Source: an uncultured Gemmatimonadales bacterium
GTDB taxonomy: Bacteria; Gemmatimonadota; Gemmatimonadetes; Longimicrobiales; Longimicrobiaceae
DNA: 64,000 bases
Direction of reading: 5' to 3'
Assembly (NCBI GenBank): GCA_963716255.1
Contig: OY970303.1
Span: 832,001-896,000, forward strand
Shown piece by piece: positions 42,201 to 53,480 of the stretch (position 1 is the first letter of the stretch; each line of letters starts with the position of its first letter). Made by a program: the position numbers and the translations under genes. Under the pieces are notes generated by a model, which made no database searches, was not told where the DNA came from, and was given only the letters and a program-made list of their open reading frames with translations.

Positions 42201-42226
42201 CTCCGGCGGGCGCCAGCGCGAAACCC

Positions 42227-42362
42227 GCGTGAGGGATTTCGGTCCGAAGGGGCGAGACCCCGCGGGCAGTTTCGCGGGGGCTCGACTCCGTTACGCACAG
42301 TTTCATCGTGCGTTACGGAGCCGAAGCCCGACCCCGGCGCCAGCCGGGGGCACGCCCGACCC
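42227..42362 (+). repeat. family A structured repeat, copy 6
   Basis: Aligns end to end; closest to copy 5. Confidence 0.92.
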
Positions 42363-42386
42363 CGCAGTCCAAGCCGTTGCCGTGCC

Positions 42387-43121
42387 TTACTTCTCGGAAG
42401 CCGCGGAAGACGTGATCTGGCGGTCCTGGAGCACGGGCACCACGGCGAGCCTGTCGATCTGCGCGCAGAAAGCCAGGTCCTCCGCCAGCCCCGCCGCCGC
42501 GAGGTTGCGCCCCGCGACGGTGGAGGCGAACAGCGCTTCGTCCAGCTGGAAGCGCTCGGACAGCGCCAGCGCCGCCCGGGCGCCGTCGTTCAGCTCCCAG
42601 TCGCCGGGGCGCGCCGCCATGAGCCGCGACGCCACCTCCCCGGCGAACACGGCGTCCTCCAGCCCGAAGTGCCGCTCCCGCCCGGAGCACACCAGCACCG
42701 GCTCGCCCTCGGAGCGCGCCAGCTCCTCCACGACGGCGGACAGGTTCAGTGGCGCGGCGATCAGCACCCGCGATCCCCCGGCGGCGAGCGCCATGGCCGT
42801 GGTGCCGTTGGTGGTGCTCATCACCAGCGTCCTGCCCCCCACGCGCTCGGCGGTGAACTCCGCGGGCGAGTTGCCCAGGTCGAACCCCTCGATGGGAAGG
42901 CACTTGCGCTCGCCGCAGAGCAGCACCTGGTCGCGCCCCAGGGTGTTGGCCAGCCGCAGCGCCTCCTCGATGGAGCCCACCGGGTACACCGCCTTCGCGC
43001 CCGCCCCGATCGCCTCCACGATGCTGCTCGTCGCCCGCAGCACGTCGATGACGACGACGACGCGCTCCGCCGTATCGGCGGCGGCGACCTCGCCGGGGGT
43101 CAGGAATACGTCCAGCCTCAT
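42387..43121 (-). CDS. comB: 2-phosphosulfolactate phosphatase family
   Basis: VVIDVLRATS, GER....GFDLGNSP.E, TTNGT, LED...AG. Confidence 0.92.
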   Translation of the reverse strand: MRLDVFLTPGEVAAADTAERVVVVIDVLRATSSIVEAIGAGAKAVYPVGSIEEALRLANTLGRDQVLLCGERKCLPIEGFDLGNSPAEFTAERVGGRTLVMSTTNGTTAMALAAGGSRVLIAAPLNLSAVVEELARSEGEPVLVCSGRERHFGLEDAVFAGEVASRLMAARPGDWELNDGARAALALSERFQLDEALFASTVAGRNLAAAGLAEDLAFCAQIDRLAVVPVLQDRQITSSAASEK

Positions 43122-43122
43122 T

Positions 43123-44475
<1,353 letters not shown>

Positions 44476-44480
44476 GGCCG

Positions 44481-45668
44481 CTACCTCTCCATCCCGGTGC
44501 CCACGTCCTTCCACCCGGCGTCGGAGGAAGACTCGACGCCGGAGACGCGGAGCGAGAACTCGGAGGGATTGGAAGCGTAGTGCATCGCCCAGTCGAAGGA
44601 GATCAGGCCACGGTGGTAGAGGTCCATCAGGCTCTGGTCGAAGGTCTGCATCCCGTACTGTGTGCGCCCCTCGGCGATCAGCTCGGGGATGTTGTACATC
44701 TGGTCCGCCGCGCGGATCTTGTCCGAGATGGCGGCGGTGTTCACCAGCACCTCGGCGGCGGGAACGCGCCCCTTGCCGTCGGCGCGGGGGATGAGCCGAA
44801 GCGAGATCACCGCCTTGAGCGCCATCGCCAGCATCCCGCGGATCTCGGAGTGCTGGTGCGGCGGGAAGAAGGAGATGATGCGCCCGATGGTCTGGGCGGC
44901 GTCGGTAGTGTGCAGGGTGGAAAGCACCAGGTGGCCGGTGTCGGCCGCCTTGAGCACCGTTTCCATGGAGGCGCGGTCACGGATCTCCCCCAGCAGGATC
45001 ACGTCCGGGTCCTGGCGGAGCACGTAGCGCAGCGCGTCGTGGAACGAGTGCGTGTCGGTGCCCACCTCGCGCTGGCTGATGATGGACCGGGCGTCGCGGT
45101 GAAGGAACTCGATGGGGTCCTCCACCGTCACCACGTTGACCGCCCGCCGCTCGCCCAGGAAGCGGATCATGGAGGCCAGCGTGGTGGACTTGCCGCTCCC
45201 CGTCACCCCGGTCACCAGCACCAGCCCGCGCGGCGCGGTGGCGATGTCCTGCACCACCGGGGGGAGGTGCAGCTCGTCCAGCGCGGGGACCTCGAAGGGG
45301 ATCGCCCGGAAGGAGAACCCCAGGGTGCCGCGCTGCTGGAAGATGTTGGTACGGAAGCGCCCCAGCCCCTGCACCCCGATGGCGAAGTCGATCTCCTTGC
45401 GCTCGGAGAAGGTTTCCTTCTGCCGCGGGTTGAGGAGCGTGTCGGCGCAGCGCTTGAGGTCGTCCGGGCGGAGCGAGGGGAGCGAGGTGTCGTACAGCTC
45501 GCCGTGGATGCGGACCACGGGGGCGCGGCCGGCCTTGAGGTGCAGGTCGGACGCGCCCCGGCGGACCATCTCCTCCAGCGCCTCGCGGAGCACGAACTCG
45601 CGCGGGGCGGTGGGCCGCCCCGGGGAAGGGGCGGGCCCGTCCTGCGCCCACTCTTCGTCGATCCTCAC
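44481..45668 (-). CDS. pilT: PilT/PilU family type IV pilus retraction ATPase
   Basis: [53 protein letters not shown]. Confidence 0.9.
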   Translation of the reverse strand: MRIDEEWAQDGPAPSPGRPTAPREFVLREALEEMVRRGASDLHLKAGRAPVVRIHGELYDTSLPSLRPDDLKRCADTLLNPRQKETFSERKEIDFAIGVQGLGRFRTNIFQQRGTLGFSFRAIPFEVPALDELHLPPVVQDIATAPRGLVLVTGVTGSGKSTTLASMIRFLGERRAVNVVTVEDPIEFLHRDARSIISQREVGTDTHSFHDALRYVLRQDPDVILLGEIRDRASMETVLKAADTGHLVLSTLHTTDAAQTIGRIISFFPPHQHSEIRGMLAMALKAVISLRLIPRADGKGRVPAAEVLVNTAAISDKIRAADQMYNIPELIAEGRTQYGMQTFDQSLMDLYHRGLISFDWAMHYASNPSEFSLRVSGVESSSDAGWKDVGTGMER

Positions 45669-46162
45669 GCGTCGGGCTCGATGCGGAAGAGGACCTGCCC
45701 GTACTCCACCGGCTCGGCGTTCTCGACGCAGATCTCGCGGATGACGCCGGAGTAGTCGGACTCCAGCTCGTTCATCAGCTTCATCGCCTCGAGAATGCAG
45801 AGCGTCTGCCCCTTGCCGACGCGGGTGCCCACCTCGACGTACGAGGGGGCCTCCGGCGCCGGGGACCGGTAGAAGGTGCCCACCATGGGCGACTTGATCT
45901 CCACCAGGTTGCTCGCGGCCGCGGCCGGAGCGGGCGCGCCGCCGGACGGCGCCGGGGCGGCGTGGGACGCGGCGGCCGGCGCGGCCGCGGGCACGGCGTA
46001 TTCCACCGCCGCGCGCGCGGGCGCCGCGGAGGCGGACACCGGCGCGGGGGGAGGCGTCTTGGCGATGCGGATGCGGGTGCCGCCGCGGGAGATCTCCAGG
46101 GAGTCGATCCCGCTGCCGTCCACCGCCTCGATCAGGCCCCGGAGGAAATCAAGGTCGATCAT
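45665..46162 (-). CDS. accB: biotin carboxyl carrier protein
   Basis: [16 protein letters not shown]. Confidence 0.96.
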   Translation of the reverse strand: MIDLDFLRGLIEAVDGSGIDSLEISRGGTRIRIAKTPPPAPVSASAAPARAAVEYAVPAAAPAAASHAAPAPSGGAPAPAAAASNLVEIKSPMVGTFYRSPAPEAPSYVEVGTRVGKGQTLCILEAMKLMNELESDYSGVIREICVENAEPVEYGQVLFRIEPDA

Positions 46163-46725
46163 TTGTTGGCGCGCTCGATGTACTTGTCTTCACGGCGGTC
46201 GACGCGGATCACGTCGCCCTCGTTGAGGAACAGCGGCACCTGCACCATCGCGCCCGTTTCCAGCTTGGCCGGCTTGGTCCCGCCGGTGGCGGTGTCGCCG
46301 CGGACGCCCGGGTCGGTCTCGGCGATCGCCAGGGTGACGAAGTAGGGGAGCTCCACGGAGATGACGTTCTCGCCGTGCAGGAGCCCGTCGCACTCCATTC
46401 CCTCCTTGAGGTACTTGAGCTGCTCCTCGCCGATCACCTTGCCGGAGAGCGGGATGCTGTCGTACGTCTGCTGGTCCATGAAGTAGTACAGCTCGCCGTC
46501 GGCGTAGCTGTACTGCATGGGCCGGTGCTCCAGCCGCACCTCGTCGATGCGCTCGCCGGCGCGGAAGGTCTTTTCCAGCACGGCGCCGGTGAGGACGTTG
46601 CGCAGCTTGGTGCGCACCACGGTGTTCCCCTTGCCGGGCTTGTGGTGCTGGAAGAACAGGATGGTCCAGAGAGTGCCATCCATGTTGATGGTCATCCCGT
46701 TCCGGAAGTCGGCCGTCGTAGCCAC
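46159..46725 (-). CDS. efp: elongation factor P
   Basis: [23 protein letters not shown]. Confidence 0.96.
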   Translation of the reverse strand: MATTADFRNGMTINMDGTLWTILFFQHHKPGKGNTVVRTKLRNVLTGAVLEKTFRAGERIDEVRLEHRPMQYSYADGELYYFMDQQTYDSIPLSGKVIGEEQLKYLKEGMECDGLLHGENVISVELPYFVTLAIAETDPGVRGDTATGGTKPAKLETGAMVQVPLFLNEGDVIRVDRREDKYIERANK

Positions 46726-46740
46726 GAAAATCTCCTTAGT

Positions 46741-47202
46741 TTAAACGGACACGGCCCGGCGCCCCCCGGCCCGGCCGAGGTGCCCGACCAGGGCGCGGAG
46801 CGCCAGCAGGTAGCTGTCCGCCCCGAAGCCGCACACCACCCCCACCGCCCTGTCGGCCAGGTACGAGTGGTGGCGGAACGGCTCCCGGGCGAAGACGTTG
46901 GAAAGATGCACCTCCACGTACGGACGCGCCACTCCCAGCAGCGCGTCCCGCAGGGCGACGCTGGTGTGGGTATACGCGCCGGCGTTCACCAGGATGCCGT
47001 CCACCCGGGGCCCCACCTCCTGCACGTGGCTCACCAGCGCTCCCTCGGAGTTGGACTGGTACGCCTCCAGCTCCGTGCCCAGGTGCAGCGCCAGCGAGGC
47101 CAGCGCCGCGTCCACGTCGGCGAGCGTGCCGTGCCCGTACACCTCCGGCTCGCGCGAGCCCAGCAGGTTCAGGTTGGGCCCGTGGACGACGGCGATCCTC
47201 AA
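46741..47202 (-). CDS. aroQ: type II 3-dehydroquinate dehydratase
   Basis: [38 protein letters not shown] start overlaps upstream stop. Confidence 0.95.
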   Translation of the reverse strand: MRIAVVHGPNLNLLGSREPEVYGHGTLADVDAALASLALHLGTELEAYQSNSEGALVSHVQEVGPRVDGILVNAGAYTHTSVALRDALLGVARPYVEVHLSNVFAREPFRHHSYLADRAVGVVCGFGADSYLLALRALVGHLGRAGGRRAVSV

Positions 47203-49751
47203 CGCTTCAGGCTCTGGAGCCAGGCCTGGAACGACTCCAGGTCCTCGTCGTCGCCGCCCGGCTCGGCCGCGGCGGCCGGCGGGGCCGGCGGCTCGGCGGC
47301 GCGCGGGGGCTCCGGCGCGCGCGCCTCGGGGATCGGGGCCGGGGGCGCGGGCGTGGGCTCCACGAAGAACTCCTCGAAGGAGAAGCCCGCCGCGGGCTGC
47401 GCGTCCGGGGCCGGCGGCGCCTCCGCCGCGGGCTGCGGCGTGGCGGGCGCCAGCTCCCACGGGTACAGGTCGTCGTCCTCGTTCCCGGCGGGGGTGGAGG
47501 CCGCGGCGCCCGCGGACTCCGCCTCCAGCAGGCCGTCGATCTCCATGGGCTCGGCGACGGAGCCCGGGTCCCCGGACACCGGCGCGGCCAGCCAGGGCAT
47601 GTCGTCCTCGTCGTCCTCCGCGGCGGCCTCGTGGAAGCCGCCGGCCACGGTGTCCTCCACCGCGGGCGGCAGCGCCTCCATGGTGCTCGGCGCCACGTCG
47701 GGGGACCCGTCGTCCTCCGCCGGGGCCTCGAACGCGGCGGGCTCCAGGAAGCCGGCGTCGTCCCCGGCGGCGGAATCCGCCGCGGGCTCCGGATCCCACG
47801 ACGGGACCGCGGCGAACGGCTCGGGCTCCGCGGCCGGGGCCGCCTCCGCAGACGCCGCGCCAGCGGCGCCCGCCGGCTGCCACGAGGCGAGGCCGAACAG
47901 GTACTCGCGGACGCTGCGGAACTCCACCGCGGCCGGCGGCGCGGACTCCGCCGCCGCGAGGGCGGGCTCCGGGAAGCCTGCGTCCGCGTCGCCGCCGGCA
48001 TCCATCCCGGCCGCCTCGCCGGCGCCCGCGGGCGCCTCGAGCTGAGGCTCGTCGGCGAAGGCGTCGTCCGCGAAGCCGGCGTCCATCCACGGCTCTGCGA
48101 GCGCGGGCTCAGCGGTCCCGGGCACCTCCATGGCGAACTCGTCCGCGGGCGGCCCGGCGGCGAAGGGCTCGGCCGCGAAGGGCTCGGGGGCTCCGAAGTC
48201 GTCGGCGGCCGGGTCGCCGGAGGCGAGGTCGTCGGAGAACGGGTCGCCGGAAAGCAGGTCGTGCGCGGCGCTCGCCACCACCGGGGGCTCGCCGGCGTCG
48301 GATGCGGCCGCGGCGGGGACGTCCGTCGGCGCGGGGGCGAGGAACGCTTCGTCCCGCGCGAAGATCGCGGCGACCTCCTCGGCCTCCGACTCGGGGGCGG
48401 CCCAGGGGAGCGACCGGTCCTCCATCGCGGCGATCTCGTCCGGCTCGGGGGCGTAGCCGTCGAAGGCGTCGTGCAGACCGGCGGAGGGGGCCGGCGCCAC
48501 GTCGCCGAAGCCGCCCTCGAACGAGTCCGCGAAGGCGTCCTCGCCCTCGGGCGCGGGAGAGGCGTACGGGAGGGACTCGCCCCCCGCGAACGCGGCCGGC
48601 TCGTCCTCGGCGGCGCGCTCCGGCTCGTCGACGCTCCACTCCAGCAGGGGGAGGTCGTCGGTGTCGGTGGCGGGGCCGGCCGGGGCCTCGGCGCCGGGGG
48701 TCCAGGCGCCGGGCGCCTCGTCCGCGGCCCCGCCGGAGGCCAGGTGCTCCACCTCGCGGAGGCGGGCCTCCAGCGCGGGGTCGCCGCCGCGCCGGCGGAT
48801 CAGCTCGCGGTACACGTCGGCGGCGCGGTCGTGGAAGCCCTGCCGGGCGTACAGCTCGGCGATGGTCTCGGTGACCACCTCGTCGCCCTCGGGCTCGGGC
48901 TCCGCCGCCCCCGCGTCGCCGCCCGCGAACGAGGAGGTGTCCAGCTCCACCGTGCCGCCCGAGAACGGGTCCCACCCGCCCGGCTCGCCGGGGGCCGACC
49001 AGGGCTGCGCTTCCGGGCGATCCACCGGCTCCGGGACGGCATCGCTCAGCTCCAGGTCGCCGAAGGAGAGCGCGGCGAACGGCTCGGCGGGCGCGGACTC
49101 CTCCGCGGGCGCCCCGGGCTGGACGCCGGAGTCCAGGTCCACCGCTCCCCACTCCAGCGCCTCGTCCGGGCGGGACGCACCCTCCCCCGCGGGCGCGGCG
49201 GTCTCGGTCCCCGAGCTCCAGATCAGGTCGTCGTCCACGATCCCGCTCGCGGGGAGCCCCGCGTCGATCGTGACGTCTTCCGCGGGACGCTCCCACCACT
49301 CGGCACCGCCCTCGCCGCCGGCGGAGGGCGCCGGGCGCGATTCCAGGGCCTCCAGCGCCTGGCGGGCGTCCTCGTTCATGGGGTCCACCGCCAGCAGCTC
49401 GCGGTACCAGCGCACCGCCTCGTCGCTCCGCCCCCCCTCGCTCGCCATCTCCCCCAGCGAGCGCAGCGCGATGAGGTTCTGCGGGTCCACGGAAAGCACG
49501 TAGCGGAACTCGCTCACCGCGGCGTCGGTCGCGCCGCCGTCGGCCAGGCACCGCCCCAGCACGATGTGCGCGCTGAGGTAGTCCGGGTGGCGGCGCAGCC
49601 CCTCGCGCAACAGAGCCTCGGCCTGGTCGAGCGCGCCCATCTTCCGGTATGCGTTCGCCAGGGGAACGAAGTAGCGTCCCTGGGGGTTCTCTGCGTGGTA
49701 GCGCTCGAGCTTCTGAACCTCGGCAGCAAGCTCAGGGGGGACTTCAGCCAT
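47199..49751 (-). CDS. TPR protein with very long acidic low-complexity region
   Basis: N-terminal TPRs, internal [17 protein letters not shown]-terminal [13 protein letters not shown]. Confidence 0.85.
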   Translation of the reverse strand: MAEVPPELAAEVQKLERYHAENPQGRYFVPLANAYRKMGALDQAEALLREGLRRHPDYLSAHIVLGRCLADGGATDAAVSEFRYVLSVDPQNLIALRSLGEMASEGGRSDEAVRWYRELLAVDPMNEDARQALEALESRPAPSAGGEGGAEWWERPAEDVTIDAGLPASGIVDDDLIWSSGTETAAPAGEGASRPDEALEWGAVDLDSGVQPGAPAEESAPAEPFAALSFGDLELSDAVPEPVDRPEAQPWSAPGEPGGWDPFSGGTVELDTSSFAGGDAGAAEPEPEGDEVVTETIAELYARQGFHDRAADVYRELIRRRGGDPALEARLREVEHLASGGAADEAPGAWTPGAEAPAGPATDTDDLPLLEWSVDEPERAAEDEPAAFAGGESLPYASPAPEGEDAFADSFEGGFGDVAPAPSAGLHDAFDGYAPEPDEIAAMEDRSLPWAAPESEAEEVAAIFARDEAFLAPAPTDVPAAAASDAGEPPVVASAAHDLLSGDPFSDDLASGDPAADDFGAPEPFAAEPFAAGPPADEFAMEVPGTAEPALAEPWMDAGFADDAFADEPQLEAPAGAGEAAGMDAGGDADAGFPEPALAAAESAPPAAVEFRSVREYLFGLASWQPAGAAGAASAEAAPAAEPEPFAAVPSWDPEPAADSAAGDDAGFLEPAAFEAPAEDDGSPDVAPSTMEALPPAVEDTVAGGFHEAAAEDDEDDMPWLAAPVSGDPGSVAEPMEIDGLLEAESAGAAASTPAGNEDDDLYPWELAPATPQPAAEAPPAPDAQPAAGFSFEEFFVEPTPAPPAPIPEARAPEPPRAAEPPAPPAAAAEPGGDDEDLESFQAWLQSLKR

Positions 49752-49965
49752 GAGTCTCCTACGCGCGTGAAGAAAATGCGGGGGTGAGGCCGGCGAGAGG
49801 AGGAGCAACTTACTGGAGCGCCGCGGGACGTGTCAACAGACTTCGGCCCTCCCCGCGGGCGCGGCTTGCGCCCCCGCGAGTTCGTAAGTAATTTTTCCGT
49901 CTTCATCTTCGCCCCAGGTGGTCCCTCTCGCCGTTCCCGTTCCAAGATCCGGAGTTTGAATTCCT

Positions 49966-51789
49966 ATGATGCAGAGCATGCGGGGCAAGGCCGGGAAGAT
50001 CCTCGGCTTCATCTTCGCGCTGGCGTTCGTCGGCTGGATGTTCTTCGAGCTGGGGCTGGACGTGACCGGCCGCGGAAACAACACCAATGCCAACGAGCTC
50101 GGCCGGGTCAACGGTGAGCCGGTCCTGAACCAGCAGTTCCAGGCGGCCTACCAGGAGCTCTCGCAGCAGGCGCAGCAGGGGGGGAAGCAGATCTCCGCCG
50201 AGCAGCGCAGGGAGCTGGAGCAGGCGGCGTGGGACCGCGTGGTGAACCAGATCCTGATCCAGCAGGCGATCCGCGACCGCGGGATCCGGGCGACGGACCA
50301 GGAGGTCCGCCTGGCGGCGCTGAACAACCCGCACCCGGCCCTGATGCAGAACGAGCTGTTCCAGACCAACGGGCAGTTCGACCTGGCGAAGTACCAGCGC
50401 TACCTGCAGAGCCCGGCCACCAGCGAGGACATGCTCCTCCAGCTGGAGGAGTACTACCGGGTGATGGTGCCGCAGCAGAAGCTGTTCAGCCAGATCACCT
50501 CCGGCGTCTACATCTCGGACGCGGAGCTGTGGCGCGCCTGGCAGGACCGCAACGAGACGGCGACGGTGGAGTACGTGGCGCTGGACGCGTCGCGCCTGGT
50601 GCCGGGCGAGGTGCAGGTGAGCGACGCGGAGGTGAAGAAGTACTACGACGCGCACGAGGACGACTTCAAGCGCGGCACGAGCGCGCGCCTGACGGTGGCC
50701 CTGCTCGCCAAGGCGACCACGCGCGGCGACACGCTGGCGTCGCTGGAGCGGGCGGAGCGGGTGCGCGCGGAGCTGGCCGGCGGCGCCGACTTCGCCGAGG
50801 TGGCGAAGCGCGAGTCGTCGGACCCGGGCTCCAAGGACAGCGGCGGCGACCTGGGAACCTTCGGGCGCGGGCAGATGGTGGCGGCGTTCGACGCGGCGGC
50901 CTTCGCGCTGCCGGTGGGCGAGATCTCGCAACCGGTGCTCTCGCCCTTCGGCTACCACCTGATCCAGGTGCAGGAGAGGAACGGCGACCAGGTCAAGGCG
51001 CGCCACATCCTGATCCCGGTGGAAAAGAGCGACGCGGAGCTGGACCGCTTCTACGCCAAGGCGGACTCGCTGGAGGAGCTGGCGCAGCGCAGCGGGATCG
51101 AGCGCGCCGCCCGTGCCACGGGCGCGGCGATCCGCACCGGGGTGACGGTATCGGAGAACTCGCCCTTCGTGCCGGGGATCGGCTCGGCGCTGGAGGCGGT
51201 GGAGTGGGCGGAGCAGGAGACGCGCGACGGCGCCAGGGCCGGCCAGGTCAGCGACCTGCTGGAAACGGAGCAGGCCTTCTTCGTCGCCAAGCTGGAGTCG
51301 TTCACCCCGGCCGGCACCACGCCGCTGGCGCAGGCTACGCAGCAGATCCGCCGCCAGCTGGTGCTGGAGAAGAAGCAGGAGCAGGCGCGCAGGATCGGGC
51401 AGGAGCTGGTGGCCCAGGTGCGCGCCGGCAAGACGCTGCAGCAGGTGGCGGCGGCGCGCGGGCTGGAGGTGCGCCAGGCAGGCCCCTTCACCCGCGGCGA
51501 CCCTAACCCGGCTCTCGGCCAGGCCAACGCGGCCGTGGGCGCCGCCTTCGGAGTGCCGGTGGGCAAGGTGAGCGACGTGGTGAAGACCAGCGCCGGGCTC
51601 TTCATCGTCCGCCCGGTGGCCCGCGTGGAGGCCGACCGCAAGGCCTTCGAGGGGCAGAGGCAGCAGATGAGGGCCCTGGCCACCTCCCGCCTGCAGCAGG
51701 ATGCCGTGGAGCGCTGGCTGCAGAGCATCCGCAAGGCCGCGGACATCCAGGACCGCCGCAAGGAGATCTTCAACCAGCAGAGCGCCTGA
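49966..51789 (+). CDS. ppiD: PpiD/SurA-like peptidyl-prolyl isomerase chaperone
   Basis: N-terminal TM, SurA_N-like region, parvulin S.D.GS..GGDLG.F..G.MV..F, GYHLI, ARHILI. Confidence 0.88.
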   Translation: MMQSMRGKAGKILGFIFALAFVGWMFFELGLDVTGRGNNTNANELGRVNGEPVLNQQFQAAYQELSQQAQQGGKQISAEQRRELEQAAWDRVVNQILIQQAIRDRGIRATDQEVRLAALNNPHPALMQNELFQTNGQFDLAKYQRYLQSPATSEDMLLQLEEYYRVMVPQQKLFSQITSGVYISDAELWRAWQDRNETATVEYVALDASRLVPGEVQVSDAEVKKYYDAHEDDFKRGTSARLTVALLAKATTRGDTLASLERAERVRAELAGGADFAEVAKRESSDPGSKDSGGDLGTFGRGQMVAAFDAAAFALPVGEISQPVLSPFGYHLIQVQERNGDQVKARHILIPVEKSDAELDRFYAKADSLEELAQRSGIERAARATGAAIRTGVTVSENSPFVPGIGSALEAVEWAEQETRDGARAGQVSDLLETEQAFFVAKLESFTPAGTTPLAQATQQIRRQLVLEKKQEQARRIGQELVAQVRAGKTLQQVAAARGLEVRQAGPFTRGDPNPALGQANAAVGAAFGVPVGKVSDVVKTSAGLFIVRPVARVEADRKAFEGQRQQMRALATSRLQQDAVERWLQSIRKAADIQDRRKEIFNQQSA

Positions 51790-51835
51790 CCTGATAGGGA
51801 ACAGGAAACAGCCTGCAACGGCAGTACGAAAGACG

Positions 51836-51875
51836 GAGGCCCGCCCCTCGCGCGAGGGGCGGGCCTCTTTGTTTG
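51836..51875 (+). terminator. rho-independent terminator
   Basis: GAGGCCCGCCCCTCG/CGAGGGGCGGGCCTC followed by TTTGTTT. Confidence 0.75.
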
Positions 51876-51894
51876 TCCGCGAGTTCCGCGCGGC

Positions 51895-51948
51895 ACCCCC
51901 ACCCGGCGGCCTGAGAGCCCGCCACCCTCCCCCGTTCCGGGGGAGGGC
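51895..51948 (+). repeat. family B REP-like repeat (variant)
   Basis: CCCCCACCCGG..CGCCACCCTCCCCCGTTCCGGGGGAGGG. Confidence 0.7.
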
Positions 51949-52127
51949 TCGCCGCAGGTCACGGCCTCGTCTGCGTCGACAATCTACCCTCGCGCGACGC
52001 AGTCGCGCAGCCGTTACCGAACCGGGAGCCGAGGCGAAGAGAAATCGTGCAGCCACCCGCAAGCGGGTCCCCGGAGCCGCCCGCAGGGCAACGCAGAGCT
52101 GCGCGATTTATCGAGCCGACCGGGGCG

Positions 52128-52403
52128 CTACAGCCAGGTGCGGGCTCCCAGGGCGACTATGAACACCCCGATCACGCTCAGGAAATTGAGGTGGAAGACC
52201 AGCGGGCCGAGGGTCACCCCGACGGCCACCAGGTCGATCACCAGGGGGCCGAAGGCCGCGGCGACGGAGGTGGTGAAGAAGGTACGCGCCGCGCTCTGCG
52301 GCATGAACCCGACCGCGAGCTCGGTGAGGAGGGCACCGAGGACCATTCCGACGAGGACGACCAGGAGCAGGCGACCGACACGGCGGCGTACGGCGACGTT
52401 CAT
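52128..52403 (-). CDS. small membrane protein (DUF4321-like)
   Basis: GGAGG RBS; hydrophobic, P..IDL...TLG...LN..S.IG pattern. Confidence 0.65.
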   Translation of the reverse strand: MNVAVRRRVGRLLLVVLVGMVLGALLTELAVGFMPQSAARTFFTTSVAAAFGPLVIDLVAVGVTLGPLVFHLNFLSVIGVFIVALGARTWL

Positions 52404-52433
52404 CTCACCTCCCGACCCATGTGAAGACGCCGC

Positions 52434-53420
52434 TCAGCGGCGGCGCTCGATTGCGTATGCGATGCTCGTCCGCAGTGCGTCCAGCGCGGGCCCCTCGGGG
52501 AGCCCCTCCAGCGCCTCCTCCGCGCGACGGGCGTACTCAAGCGCCGTGCCTCTCGCATAATCCAAGCCGCCACGCGCGCGGACGATCCGCACGATCGCGG
52601 CGATGCGCGCGTCGCTGGGCTCGGGGTCGCGGAAGAGGGCGTCCACCTCGTCCCGCTCGGCGGCGGAGAGCGAGGGAAGCACCGCGATGAGCGGGAGCGT
52701 CACCTTGTGCTCGCGCAGGTCCAGCCCGGTGGGCTTGCCGGTGACTGCCTCGTCGGCGGTGTAGTCCAGCAGGTCGTCGGCGATCTGGAAGGCCATCCCC
52801 AGCTCGCGCCCGAACTGCGCCAGCGGCTCGCGCAGCTCCGCGTCGCCGGCGAGCGCGCCCAGCTCGCAGGCGGCGGACATCAGCGAGGCGGTCTTGGAGT
52901 CGATCAGGCGGAAGTAGTCGTCCTGCCCGAAGTCCAGCGCGTCGTGCGAGGCCAGCTGCCGCATCTCGCCCACCGTCATGGCGTTGGCGGCGGTGGCGAG
53001 GACGCGGATGGGCTCCACCTTCCCCAGCCGGGTGATCTCGGTGAGGGCGCGGGTATACAGGTAGTCGCCCATGATGACGGCCACCTGGTGGCTCCACACC
53101 GAGTTGACGGTGGGCATCCCCCGGCGCAGGACGGAGTGGTCCACGGCGTCGTCGTGCACCAGCGTCGCCAGGTGCACCAGCTCCAGCACGGCGGCCAGCG
53201 TGGCGGCGTCGGGGCCGGGACGTCCGCCCACCTCGTTGCACAGGAGGGTGAGGGTGGGCCGGAAGAGCTTGCCGCGCACCTTGAGCAGGTGGTCGTTGAC
53301 CTCCGCGACCATGCCGAAGTCCGCCACGACGATGCGGCGGATCTCCTCGAACACGGTGTCCAGGCGCTCGCGGACGGGGGCCTGGATCTCGGAAAGTCTC
53401 GGCGGTGCGGTGCGAAGCAT
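52434..53420 (-). CDS. polyprenyl diphosphate synthase
   Basis: GK.FRP, LVHDDAVD...RRG, KTASL, FQIADDLLD. Confidence 0.94.
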   Translation of the reverse strand: MLRTAPPRLSEIQAPVRERLDTVFEEIRRIVVADFGMVAEVNDHLLKVRGKLFRPTLTLLCNEVGGRPGPDAATLAAVLELVHLATLVHDDAVDHSVLRRGMPTVNSVWSHQVAVIMGDYLYTRALTEITRLGKVEPIRVLATAANAMTVGEMRQLASHDALDFGQDDYFRLIDSKTASLMSAACELGALAGDAELREPLAQFGRELGMAFQIADDLLDYTADEAVTGKPTGLDLREHKVTLPLIAVLPSLSAAERDEVDALFRDPEPSDARIAAIVRIVRARGGLDYARGTALEYARRAEEALEGLPEGPALDALRTSIAYAIERRR

Positions 53421-53480
53421 CGTACGATCGTGCAGGGAGCGCTGGGAAGCGCGAAAGCTAACCGTGGGGCCCGCGAGTTG

